64,000 nucleotides of DNA, from positions 1-64,000 of the forward strand of contig DF237090.1 of the NCBI GenBank assembly GCA_000708835.1, written 5' to 3'. The stretch comes from Klebsormidium nitens (lineage: Eukaryota; Plantae; Klebsormidiophyceae). Shown here in pieces: positions 1 through 12,800 of the stretch. Numbering within the stretch: position 1 is the first letter of the stretch; each line of letters opens with the position of its first letter. The translations under genes were made by a program, and so were the position numbers. The notes under the pieces are model-generated. The model saw nothing but the letters and a program-made list of their open reading frames with translations, did not search any database and was not told the DNA's origin.

Positions 1-458
1 ATGACCATGCTCCGATGAAAACGATACCGACCGTCCCGCCAATTTCACAAGCGTTAAAGAAATAAGTTGGGACGGTACCAGTATTTAAGTAGCGTGGCAC
101 ACCGTTTAATAAAATTTGAAGTCGTGAAACTCCAATTCGCTCGACGCCAATGGCCGAATCGCGAATGGCCTGCCCGCTTATGGCTTTTTGCCAATACGAG
201 CAGATGGCGTATGGTCGAAGCATGCCCGGTAACAAATAATTGCCCCTTGAGGACAGCCCGGTTGAGCTGAGGATTCCGGTCCGTCAAACCAGGGTCAAAC
301 TGTTCAACTTCAAAGCTCACCCAAGTCCGATCACGACCGGTTGCAAAACCTTGCCCAGACTTGAAGTCTTTCTCTGAATCGAAGTTCAAGACCCTTCGAT
401 GTTGCAGCCGTCGGGCATACCGGTAATTCGGCCAAGTTTAGAAACTATTAGCAGTGTA

Positions 459-725
459 CCGTACCAGCAAACAGCGAAATTTAATTAATTTCGTTTTTAA
501 TTAAATAATTATTTGGGCTGCCAAAGTTTTTGGAAAATGTTTTTCTTCGATGACGAAAAGATCGAATAATATCTACTGACGGTAAAGGCTGGTAATGGTT
601 GTATTTGGCAGAGGAATGCTACTTTTACGAATGTCAGAAAAATATAAAATACTCTGCCGAAATGTCAGATCGATTAGAAACTAATTATTCGGCACGCTGA
701 CCGACGAAATCAAACGTTGGTACGG
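459..725. mobile_element. MITE-like non-autonomous DNA transposon (Tc1/mariner-pogo type), 267 bp
   Basis: Left end TA|CCGTACCAGC (TA 457-458), right end GTTGGTACGG|TA (TA 726-727). The TIRs match at 9/10, the TA target duplication is present on both sides, and the AT-rich interior has no coding capacity. TA duplication with CCGTA termini is known for Tc1/mariner-pogo elements. Confidence 0.65.
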
Positions 726-1287
726 TACGAGCGGCTCCAATTGAAGTTGTCCAGACCGGACTTCCCTTCGAGGGGCACGGCCTCTCCGACCCGTCGGGCC
801 CATATCCTTCACGCCCTGTCTAGTTTTACCGCTGAAGTCAAGTCGTTTGCATTGTTTGGATTTCTGATTCATATTTCTAAATTCTACAACTTAGAAAAGA
901 TCAATGCATCAGACGTGTGATTCGTGATTCTGAGTGAAGTCATGTGAACTTTATGCAAGCTCTGAGCTGATGCAGCACATTCGATTTTCTACCAGAAAGC
1001 TGTCTCTTGCCCCTCGTTGACAACTGCATTGTTTCTGAAAACTACCTTATTTAAACACGTTCAGGTGTCTTTCAGAGGCGAATGTCAGAGGGGAAGATGC
1101 TGTATGTTGCTGGGAGATCAGCCGAGGGTGTAGCAATGAAAGACACATGGCTCCAGGAGCTGATGCTAGCGGCCGGTATGATCTCCTGTGCCTCTCCAGT
1201 ACGGGTCCAGACCTGGCTGGAGACATGAGGCCAGCTTTCAAAGGGGCCAGAGGGCCCAGTCATCCTATCCTGGCCCAGGAGCATATC

Positions 1288-4200
1288 ATGAGGGCCAAGA
1301 TGACATTCGAGCGGATGACCAGGTTTATGTCATTCCGGAATGTCAGGGTCTGGGAGGACCTCCACCAGGAGATAAGCCAGCGCACGCTCGCTGTCGTCCT
1401 GGCGGGGATTGCGCTTGCTTATGGACTCTCATGTAAGTATGTTTTGCAGAGGAACATACAGGCTATGGCAGAATTTGACGTCTCTTCACAATTGGTCACT
1501 TGCTCCTAGTAGTAAAAGTTGCAGGACCCGCCTGAGTTGCTTATGCTGGAAACCAGGGGGGAAGCAGTTCCTTCAAATTGCTGAAAGTGCCACCACTTTC
1601 TTGAGCAACGACCTGCTTGTCGCCAAAAAGCTGACCTCCATATCTGAAGCCCAGACATCTCATGCAGGGCTCTATGTGAAGGGCCGACCTCTGCTTCGTT
1701 AAAATGTTACAAAAGGAACTACCATATGCTGACCTGATATACTCTCGACTTTCCAGTGACAAGCGCATCGATGTGGGCGAACCTCCCAGTTGCGTTTGTC
1801 ATTCTCCTCTTACTACGCCGCCTGAGCTTCAACTACGAGATTCGCTGGAGCCCCGACTACCACCCGGACTGCTGCATCCACAACCAGTGGCCTGTCGTGC
1901 ACCAATTGGCGCCTGATGGCCCTCTACTTTCCTTTGACCTGCAAAAGCATCCCAAGCGGTTGGGAAACTGGAAAGTGGGAATCAACGCACCTGCCGTTGA
2001 GGCGGCAGTCGACGCACTGACAAAGGCAATTGTCAAGGAGTGGGTGACCAATTTGTGGTACCGGCTTGTGACTCCGGACGAGGTTAGGCCCTCATCGTTT
2101 TACCTCTTTCTGGAAGTAGATTCCTTCCAAGTTGACAAGCAACTTGCGACAGAGTGGTGCTTTCTACATCATGGGCAGATTATATTTTCCCCCCTTCACT
2201 AACCCCTGCTTGTGACCTAACGAGGTGGGAGAATCGAGATTCAGATGATTCTTGTGACCTGGTTCAAGCCAGCTTCTTTAGAGCTTAGATTTGTCCCAAA
2301 GTTTGCCTAGAGTTTAACGAAGGGCCTCCAAGTCCATTCTGTACTGGTGGTTCCTGGTATGTAACGCACTAAGCTTTGTAAGGCCCGGCACCTGTTTGAC
2401 CTAAAGTTTGAAATATGATTTACTTCATTGTCTCGGCCCCAGCCTTCTTGAGAGGCTGGGGCCGAGGTCGCAATGAGGCTGAGGCCAAAGGTCATCAGCT
2501 TCTCAATACTGTCTTATATCTGTCTTCCTGTTACTGTTGATTCTTCGTTCAGACTGCATAAATGCAACAGGGATGTAGGAGCGCACACTTCCTCAGGATG
2601 ACAAGGTTTGAGTCTCTCTGAGCAAGCGTGCTCGTAAGTCTGCCTCTAAACCACATGCCCAAGACAGAACTCCGGATTCCAGCGGTTCTCCTTCCACATG
2701 CCTCTGATGAGCAGAGATGACTAACCCGCACTTTTTTGCAGGACTTTCCCGAAGAACTGCGTCTCCTGCTCAACCGCGCCATCGCCGAAATTGCTGTACG
2801 CATCCGCAAGGCCAACCTGGTCAACCTGCTAACCCGCGACCTGGTTAACCTGTTCGGCCACCACCTTGAGCTCTACCGCCGGGCACGCGACCACGTCGGA
2901 CGCGATGTTTTGGACAGACTCAGTGCGTCCGAACAGGACGAGCGCCTTCGCCAAGCGATGCTGCGCTTGGGGGCGTTGCATGTGGCCTTAACCTCGGCTC
3001 CCGCAGAGTACCGTGTGCTGCGGAGACTCATGGGGGGCGTGGTGACGTCAGCCCTGAGGTCGGACGAGGTGCAATGCAGGCTCGTGCGCGTGATAGCGAG
3101 AGAGATCCTGGCGAGTGCGGTCATGCGGCCGCTCATGAGCCTATTCACCCCGGCACTGATCAACGACTTGATCTTGTCAAGCATTCCGGACCCGAAAAAG
3201 CCGGCGAAGGAGGGCGAAACGGCGCCCCCCGAGAGCGAGGCGAGCAGCCGAAGGCCGAGCGGGGTACACGAGGAAGGAGGGGTGGCGGAACACAAGCCTG
3301 TCCCCCCTCCTGCGCCCTCGTTCGGCGCAGAGGACTTGGCAAAGTTTGAGAAGCGAAAGACGGCACTGGCGGCAGAGCACTGGGATCAGATGTGGGTGGG
3401 GGCGAAAGGAAAGCGGCAGCGCGCACTGGCGGAAGAACGAGAACGGCGCGCAAGGGAAGCTGCGGCGCTGGGGGGGGTGACGTCGAGTGCAGGGGAGGGG
3501 GTCGGGGAGAGGGGGTCGAAGTGGGGGGACATGAGCCCCCTGGCGAGCAGCACGACTAGTTTGAATACTTTCGAGGGGGAGGAAGCGTCCCCCCCCGGGA
3601 GAGCCGAGTCAGTTCCGGGCGTGGTTTCGGATCTTCTCTTGGACTCGCAAAGCCCCAGCGAGCCTGTCGTGCCCGGCATCGGTTGGGAATCGGACGGCTG
3701 GGAGGATCCTGTTTCTACTCCGACGGCCCCGGGTGCGACAGCAGGAGTCGCAGCAAGTGCGCCGGAGCTTGGTGGCGTGACCCGCGCGTTGGAAGTTAGA
3801 GTTTCTAGTGAGCTGGGCGCAGCCTCTAGCCGGTTGCCGAAAAAGGAAACGACAGATAGATCTAGTGCTCGGAAGTCGGTCGGGCTAGCAAAACTAGATG
3901 CCAATTGGATGGGGCTTGATGCGCCCCACCGAGAGGGGACCGCAAGTGCCCCGAAAACGCCTCTGCTATCCACACGGAGTGAGGGGGTGGTTTTTGCAGC
4001 CAACCTGCCCCCCCTCTCGACCCGCAGCGAGAACGGGGACCGCACATGGGAGAAGAGGGGGGCAAGCAGCAGCTGGAACGAGGCCTTGGAGGACCCCCCC
4101 GCCAGGCGCCACCGGCGGAGCCTTAGCGGGGGGTTCGAGAGCCTTGCAACCGACGAAGCGTGGGGTGACGTCGACGCTGACGTCAGCAAGGCGCGCCGGC

Positions 4201-7200
4201 GCGGCAGCTTCGAGGAACCCCCACGGGGGGGGTTGCTGAGGAGGACGTCGAGCGAGCGGCTGTGGGAGGTCGCGGGGGAGAGTGCGCCGGTGTCGCCGGA
4301 CGCAAGCGGTGTGCTACCGGCAGGGGGGTGGAACCGGGTTCTGGGGAGGGTGGTCGGGGCCAAAATGGAGGAGAGCGGGGGGAAGGCGTTTGCGGTGTAT
4401 ACGATTGCGGTGGCTGACTCGGACAGGAGCTCATGGCTGGTCCAACGAAGGTGCGAACATCGTACTTTTTGCATCGAAGTTCCTGGTACAGTCCTTTGTG
4501 AAAATGATGTCACAAAAGGTTGTGCTCGCAGGGAGCTTTCTTATCTTCAAGCATCCGTGACAGCGTCGTGTTTTCTCAGTCAGTGTCCTCGAGCATCACG
4601 CTTCTCGAACATTTTCGGCGATCGAGTGCCGACTTGAAGTCCTAGACCCAACCCGAGTTGCCGCATGTAAAGAACTCTTTCGTCGTCCTTTCTGAAGGTA
4701 TCTCTTGAGCGCCAAATGTCGTCGTCGAAACTCACGCAGTTCTTTGAGGGCGGTGGCTCCACCCGCCCGCTCATTTTCCAATAAATTCATTGCAACACGA
4801 ATGTTTCTTCATCTCCGCACGGATAGCGGGTGCTCCTGTTTTCCTAGATATTACAACTCTCGTCTTGCTTCAACCCTGCATGACAGCGGGTGTTTCTTTC
4901 TTCCTAGGTACCGCAATTTCGAGGCGCTGCACCGGCGCCTGAAGGACCTGCCCCAGTACAAGCTGAAGCTGCCCCCCAAGCGCTTCCTAGGGCCCAATCT
5001 AGACGGCAGCTTCGTCCTGGAGCGCCGCGCGCAGCTCGACAAGTACCTGCAGGACCTGCTGGCCGTACCCAGCGTCGCTGAGAGCCACGAAGTGTGGGAC
5101 TTTCTGAGCGCAGACTCACACGTGAGTTCGTAGATCTTCTATGGGTCCCAAAACCTTTGGTGGATCATTCAGTTGAGAATTATGTACAGTATCTTACTCA
5201 CGTCAGCGATGAACGCATGAAGGGCCTGATTGATTTTCAGTATGATGTCAGTTTCAGGCAGTGAAGCCGGATCAATTGAGTGTTGCAACTCGTGCATGCT
5301 TCGACCTATTCCTCTTATCCCCTGCTACCAATTGTGGTCTGCTTTGACGTCCTTGGCACATGCTGCTCTCCGGTTCTCTGTGCGTTCTATATATTTAGGC
5401 ACTCCTGAGCCAATATATCCACCAGTTCTCACAGTGATTCAAATTTGCAGGCATACGGCTACGGGCACTCGTCCTCCATGATCAAGACGCTCGCAGGCAA
5501 CGTGGACGACGTGGTCGACACGATGTTCCGCCGGCTTAACGAAGTTTCGGACGAGTTACAGGGCGCGCTAACCAAGGGGTTGAAGAAAGCGCCCACGTTA
5601 AACGACACGCTCTCGAAGCAGAAAACGCTGCCAAAGCAGCCGGGCCTCGTCGAAGTCGCGATGGCGGACCAGGCTTACCGGGGGGGCGGGGTAGATGACG
5701 CCTTTGTGGAGGTGCGGGAGTTCGATGACGGCGCAGGGGGGTACAATAGGCAGGCGGCCAAGGGGGGAGGTTCGGGAAGGGCGGCAAACAGGGACGGGTT
5801 GCTTAGCGTTCAGCCCGACACGCCTGCTTCCGAGGGAGGGGGGACGCGCGACGGGCTAAGATCGCAATCGAGCGTTGACAGCGGCTTTTCGGTCGATTCC
5901 GCACAACCACGGCGGGGGGATGCCCCCGGAAAGAATGTCCGCAGGGACGCGCCGACGATCGTGGAAGAGCGGGAGGGATCGGCCTCAGCCACGGGGGAGG
6001 AGTCGGAGGATGACGAGGAGGGGATCCCCCTGCCGCAGGAGTGGCACGCGAGCAAGCTGAGCGGGCCGCTGCTGAATCTGGTGGACAACGTGTTCAAGCT
6101 GCAGCAGTACGGCTGGCTGAGAAGACAGGTGAGGCGGACGTCAAAACCGCTGACGTCATAACGTAAGGTTGACAATACGGGGGATATAGGCGAGTGTCAG
6201 ACGCGTTGTTCCCTTTGTACAAGCCAAGGTCGGAGGCGTTAAGGTTGCGCCGTAATTGGGGCTTACTGATTTAGAGTGAAGTTGAGGCTACGTGGCTAAT
6301 ATTTATCCTTAAGATTTTTTCGAGAAGAAATCCGCTGGAAGAAGCTACATACAAATTTTGGGATAGTGTCCTCTATTTCGTTCTGCCTCGCCTACTGCCT
6401 GTTTAAGTTTGAGCAACATTGAATCCTTTGTAGGAACACTGTCCCTAATCTGCAAGCACTACAGCTTCGAAGAAAACGATTAAATGGCTTCGGATTTGGT
6501 GACTGCTGCCCTAAGTTTCAAGTTGCAAAGCACGAATCTCTGAACTTCGTACCTGGATCCTCACTTTCTTTGCGGTGTCTCCCCTGTATTAAAACAAATA
6601 TTTAATGCACCTGATTGGCTCAACGCTCTGCCTCCGCAGGTGGTTTGGATGGCGCGCCAGATTCTTGAGATTGGCCTGGGTGACGCCATCGATGACTTCA
6701 TCCTGACCCAGATCCAGTGGATCCGTCAGCCCGAGGTCGTCGCCGCAGCGGTGGACGGCGTCCGGAGCCTCCTCTGGCCCAGCGGAATCTGGTTCGCCAA
6801 CCAACCGGAATCTGCCACGTGGCAGCAGCCGCCAGTCAAAAAGCCCACGGATGCACGGCAGCCCGAGGTCGTGCGGCCTGCAAAAGCTGCCGCAGAGCAC
6901 GTAAGGGCGGCTGCGAAAGAAAGCGATCCGTCGCGGCATGTACATAAGGGGGCGGGGAACGGGCGCGCGGATGCGGGCGGGGTGAAGACACCAAGTGTAA
7001 ATAGCGAGGGGGAGATCGAGTGGGATTGGCACCCCCGCCGGCCGCAGCTGAGCTTCGAGGAACGGCTGGAGGCGGCGCGGAAGGCCGCGCTGGTTCGAGA
7101 GATCTTCTTAGGTGAGGCAGCGGATCCGACGTCTTTCTTGATCTGCCTCTAGTCTAGGTGGGCAGCCGAATGTTATGCTGAATATCTGTAAGTACTCGTC

Positions 7201-8277
7201 TTGCTTTTGTCCCATGACCCGTGCCGATTGGTGAAGGCGTTGTGAAGGTGCAAGAAAGACGGTTTCAAAAGCGGTGCCGTTAAGATGCGCCTGGAGCAGG
7301 GAACTGAACGGTGATACGAAAGCGTGTAAGCACTATACGACGACATTTGTGAAGCCCCGGGCCAAAGCGGCTGGGTGCATGATCAGTATTGCCATGTGAA
7401 AGCTTTAGGGGCACTTAACCGGATTTCCCCCATCGAAGAGCGGTCTTGGTTTGGTTTCGTTTATTTATGAAATGTCCTCACAGAAGTTCATCTCGGTGTC
7501 TTTCGGTGTTCATTGAGTACGTCCGTTTGTCGACCGTTTCTTCTTCCCTGAACACCAAGTGTTCAGGCACACACTTGCCAAAACGGAGCATACAGAGTAT
7601 CTGCTCCATGCAGGCTTCGTGTCTCAATTTCCTGTCTAATTAACGGCTGCATGCGATCTTTGTGCAGACCGGGCCCCCGCTGCCCTTGTCAGCCTCATAG
7701 GGTCCAAACAGTACAAGAAATGCGCTCGGGACGTGTACAACTTCATCCAGGTAGGCAGAAGATTCACCTGAAGCAGGAGGTGGTTGCTTAATCAGGACCT
7801 CAGTCGGGACCGAAATCAGGACCTCCCAGTCCGGCGATGAGTGGAAGAACGTTGCACGTGCTGCCCTTTGCAGTTTCCACTTAATGTGGTGTTAGCAGCC
7901 TTCCTGAAACCTAAAAAGGTCCCTTGCAGGATGTGGTTGGTTAATCTTGCATGACGACTTTGGAGTGTACAGTGTCCGCTTCGAGCCGCAGGACTTCAAC
8001 GTTTTCTTGGGACGTTTCCTTGTGGATTCGAGCTTGGATGATTCAGTAACTACTCTTGTTACTCTGTTGGCTTCGTGCTCTATGTCTTGCATAAGATTGT
8101 CTCTGCTTGACGCCTCAACTGTTAACTGTTAGCTTCTAAATCCTTCTTTTTGCTATGCAGTCTCCAATCTGCGTGAAGCAACTGGCTTACGGCGTGTTGG
8201 AGCTCCTCATTGAGGCCACATTTCCGGAGTTACAAGCCTTGGTCCAAGACGTTAGGACGAACGGAGCCTCAAGATGA
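1288..8277 (+). CDS. Plant-type sorting nexin with PXA, PX and C-terminal nexin (PXC) domains
   Basis: Exons 1288-1432, 1757-2082, 2742-4450, 4908-5121, 5451-6128, 6640-7111, 7668-7750, 8161-8277 (GT-AG, 3744 nt, in frame). N-terminal TM segments; PXA (VEAAVDALTKAIVKEWVTNLWYRLVTPDEDFPEELR...LLTRDL); PX (AVYTIAV...WLVQRRYRNFEALHRRLK...RRAQLDKYLQDLL); PXC (WIRQPEVVA...KQLAYGVLELLI). The start codon is uncertain. Confidence 0.9.
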
Positions 8278-8974
8278 AGTCAAAGGTTGCAAGCTTCCTG
8301 GGCCCGAGTACACTCTCAGTAAGCTTGCTAAGTTAGACACGAAAGAATATATTTAGTGTTTTGGTAATCTGGTAACTGTCGCTTTCGAATTGTTTCGGCG
8401 CTATTGCATACCATTACTGTAGATTTAATGTGCTCGCTACAATAGTGAATTATACTTACTCAGCTAGAAAATTATTGCTCGAACCGGAGTTTCCTGTTAG
8501 ACTGGTGTGGCATACGTCCAATGCCGCTTAAATATCGGCTAGTTCGATGGTCAATTTCAATCCGAGCATTGCCTTAAAGTCGTGAAAGCTTGAAGCCTAA
8601 GCTGATGCGGTCGCAACCGATGATTATGAAAGTTCAGCAGGAGCAGGCTTATCTACCAGGCTACGCAGATGATGGCGGTTGCTCAGCCAACCGCATCACT
8701 TGCGCCCAATGACCAGATATAGTGCTGCAGCGCGGGGCACTATATAGGGTGCATTGATGAACGAAAGCCCCGCGCCATCTTTTGAGCTCGCACAGCTTTC
8801 AAAGCTGCGCGCAGCAGCAGGCCAAAGTTGCTTGCTGTACATTCACAATACCGGGCAGCTTCGAGAAGATGTCAAAGGACCTGAGAGTATAGGTGGTACT
8901 ACGGTACTGGGGTCGGTAAGAGAAGGCCCGTCTTGTGCACGAACAGAGCGATTGATGCACGATGGTTGCTGCTC

Positions 8975-9065
8975 TCCGGCTAGTCCGGCTAGTCCGGCTA
9001 GCTAGGTAGTACTTAGGTAGTACCGGCTAGTAGTACCGGTAGGTCCTAGGTCCTAGATCCTATCC
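8975..9065. repeat. Compound short tandem repeat built from CTAG/GTAG/GTAC units
   Basis: TCCGGCTAG x3 (8975-9001), then TAGGTAGTAC x2, TAGTACCGG variants and TAGGTCC x2. Confidence 0.8.
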
Positions 9066-9802
9066 TCCACAATTTAACTTCCAAGGCACCGCGACGTTTC
9101 GATCAAGTTCATGACGCGACGATTCAAGTTTCCCGGGAGTCTTGGACCACCCTCCTGAGGACTCAAGTTGGGGCCCGGATAAAGAAGCCCGAGATCCGGT
9201 GGGCTGTACCGGTCGACTAATCCAGGACTCTTCAGCTACCGGTGTCAACCTACCGATGACTTCTGTCGGACCGGAGGGGAGAATGTGACCTGTGAGAGAC
9301 CGGGTACTTGCACCACGTGGTAGCGTATGTGAAACACAGCTGAGTGCTCAGTGCATCATGATGCCATGGCATTGGAAGCGCGTCAATTTGCGAAGCTAGA
9401 ACTCGGAACTTGGAAGCAATGGCGGCCGCTTTCAGAAGTGACAGCCGCTTGGGTCCTGAGGCTGATTAAGCTTACACTTCTGCGAAAGCAAGGATGTCAA
9501 CACCGTTGGCTGTGCCCACATCCTTTGTGCATTGTTTAAGGACAGAACTGCAACAGAAATGTAGCAACTGAGCAACTGAGGTAGAGGCGACGGGACCTGT
9601 TGTAACCTTGGAGCACACAAATCTACTCGCTTCGTATCATTCAGCAAGCCCTTTGTATGTACCTTTGCAAAAAGCATTTGGTTAGCTCTGAAAATTGAAA
9701 ATCTTCAAAAAGCGTTAAAGAACAACTTGGGATAAACGCATTTGACAGTATGGTTGGAATTGGAAACTCCAGGGTTGCAGCATCCTGCTAGCCAGGACAG
9801 CA

Positions 9803-12800
9803 ATGGCGGCCGCTGCTCTCCGGGCAGCGGTGAGGCAGCTGTTTCAGCCGCACATCAAGCTGCAAACCTCGGCTGGCAATGCGGTCTTCCTTAACCCCGC
9901 CCTCGTCAACCCAAGCTCCAGAGCTGCCGGGACGGCCAGGGCTGGGAACCTAGAAACCCTAAACCCTCTGCTGCCGAGGCTCGCATCCCTGCAGAATGGG
10001 GCCTCTGCAAAGCTAGGTTTGGCTGGGGCTGCAACCCCAGGGCACCAGTCCCTTGGGATTGCGAGGTTAGCTCGGGTTATGCTTAACTACTTTGGTGTGG
10101 GGGCAACTGCGTGGGCCGTGGGTAACGAGCTTACAGGGGGAGCAAGGACTGCTTATGCCAGGTGAGGGGGGGTAGCTTATCAATGCGCCAACCCGTACGT
10201 TGTATTGTTGGAGAGACCCACAATGCAATGGGTGCATTGCTCACCCATTGCATCGAGAAACAAATATATCTTGCTGTCACCTCCACTTGTTAGAGTGAGC
10301 ATAACAAAGATGGCCAGTAATGGAGCTGAAAGATCCCAGCCCAGCTTGAGAGTTTTCGCTGTCATTGGCGTTTGAGCACCCTTGGTTGCTGTGCAATGTT
10401 TTGAGGGCCTTATTCTTAATGTTTAGTTGCTTCTTGGATATTTGAGGCTCCCCCGCGGAGCATGGAAGCAGTCAAATACCAAACCCTGATTTTGTTCAGA
10501 AGAACCAGTTATCCACATTTTTTTGTGACAGTATTAAGCTCCAAGAATCCCAGCCTTTGTGCTGGAGTCCTTTGACAAAGGGCTCCGCCTGTTTCTTCAT
10601 TTTTCATTTTATGCGCAGCTTGAAAGGGCTTTTATCTTTTTAAGAAGGGAGATGAATCAGGGCATTTCACGACTTTGATTGCTGATTAGGACCGTTGTAG
10701 TTTCCCAAGGGCCAAGGAAGGTCATGGTTCTTCGCTTGCATTGTTTGACTATTTGCGAAGATGCATAATGCAGCATAGGGTTGAGCACACATGGTCTCCC
10801 TCTTGGTTTCATGGTGAGCTGTAAGTGCTGCTCTATCTAGCAGAGAGCAGCACTTATTGCATTTCAAGATCATACTGGCAAGTCATTCAGCTCTCGCTTC
10901 TGCAAAGAGGGTTTACCTGCAGTGTTCACTTGGTGCTTCACTCCTCTAGCAAACTTTCTGTTGAGGTCTGACCTTGTGTTCACATTATCCTTGTGCAGTG
11001 CACCAAAGCGGCACGCCCCATTGGCTGACCCCATCCCAAACCGCCCCGCTTGGCAGTCCCGCTCGGGGCCCTTCTTCCCGTCCATCCTCACAAGCTCATC
11101 CCCTTCCAAAGAGATCCAGCGCCCTCCCAGCCCCGACGCCTCCAAGGCCCCCCTACGCGAGCTCTTTGACCCAAAGCCTACGTCCTTTGAGCGCGCCACC
11201 TCGCCAGTCTTGTCATCAGCATACGACCCCAACTGGGCGCGCGCTCGGTCCCCGCCCCTAGTTGGGCTCTCCGGAGTTTGGACTGGTCCGGAAGGAGCAG
11301 GATTGCTGAAGCCTTCCCCTGTTCTCGGGGGGATTTTGGAGCCAAACGGAGCCCAGAAAGCAGCAGAGAAGGACCCACCGAACGCTGCAAAGGGTTTGAG
11401 GATCAGCGCACCGGCGCCCAACTCGCCGAGCGCGGGCCTCGGTCTGCTTATGGAGGAGCCGGCGCCATCTGCTATGGCGCCCAACATTGGGTGGGAGCTT
11501 GTAACTTCGGGGGTTAGCTGGAAGGGTGCTTCGCCAGTTGCGGGCGAGGTGGTGCCAGCTGTCAAAGACTCCGCACCAGTTGCTGGGGGATCCCCCAGGA
11601 TTGGACAGGCTGGAGATCTAGCGGGCAGCACAGGCTGGAGTCTGGTTCTTGTGGGGGACGCCTCTGAAGCCACAGGAGACAGTGAAGCAGCCAAAAAGAG
11701 CAGCGGGACCGAGGAGGTGCAAAAGGAGGGGAGTGAGGAGGGTGCGAGTTACCACTTGGGCAGTCTGGGAAGCCGACAGGTGGCAGCACAAGAGCGCGGA
11801 CAGGTGGCAGCCCGTGAGTGGTCCGAGTATGGAGGGGCTTCTCCAAATAGCACCGAAGGGGTTTCGAACATGCAGGACGCAGGTCTCAGTGCTAGCTCCT
11901 CTGTGACCGGAATAGTAAGGGGCATTGCCTGGGAAGGGGCACTGGACGATTCGGAGGGAGGCTCAAGCATTAGTTTTTCTGCAGCAACGGGCTGCAGCAC
12001 AGTTGGGCATGAGACAGTGCCCCTGAACACTGCGGAGAGTGCGCACACCAAAGAGGAGCCTGAGGCCAGTTCACGGGGGTTGCCAGTTTACTCCTTCAGC
12101 CAGTCACCAGTCCGGTCACCAGCTTGCACTCCTGCTTCTGAAGCGGGAGGGATCCCTCTGCCCGCAGCAGCGCCCAAAACACCGCCCACCGAACTGCCCG
12201 CTCAAACCCTGCGATATGCGTCCAATGCAAACACCCTCTTGGCATCTGCTGAAAAGCCTGGGGATATGCCTGTACAGAGCTTAGAAAAGGAGCGCGTCAA
12301 GATCGGAGAAGCTTTCGAAGGGGGTGCTGCTGAGAGTGGAGTGCCATTGGTTGAGGCTTCCCCTACTGAGAGTGGGTCTCTGCAAAGGAGAGTTTCTGCC
12401 CCTATCCGGATTCAACAAGGAAAGCCCGGGGGGCACGCATTCGCTGCGTCGGCACCAGCAGATAGAGCACGGCAGCCATCCAGGTAAGCTTTGAAGAAGA
12501 CTCTTTTTGACTTATTCGCTGCTCTGGAAGCTACCAAATCTGTGCCTACAAGTTGTAGTTGGCCAGAGTAGGACGTCCTGAAGCATTGGGGTTTGAGCAC
12601 CCTATTGACTTTCTAATGATCGTCAGGGAATTCATATTTGTGTCAAAGGTTGCTTAACGGCAAGGACATTGTTGAGCACAACCAAATGCAGTCGCTGATT
12701 GCTTTTGGTGCCCTTACTCCCCTTTGCTGCTACATATCAACTCTTTCGAAAGCTAGCTCTGTAAACGTGCCGCGTTAAACACAGACGTTCATTTTGTGAG

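Noticed and set aside
54-389. 111-aa minus-strand ORF at the window start
   Set aside because: No ATG start and no recognisable motif; it may be part of a neighbouring gene, which cannot be judged from this window.
3386-4513. Long antisense ORFs over coding exons (also 10870-11694, 19141-19686, 50713-51360)
   Set aside because: Typical shadow ORFs of GC-rich, low-complexity exons whose sense frame is explained.
6360-6445. Imperfect 13-14 bp inverted repeat in a sorting nexin intron
   Set aside because: Only 86 bp with no matching target duplication; too weak to call an element.
8730-8775. Hammerhead-ribozyme-like TGATGA...CGAAA flanked by a 9-bp stem
   Set aside because: Stem II is absent (only AC between GA and GAAA), C3 is U, the cleavage-site U16.1 is A, and no stem I forms.
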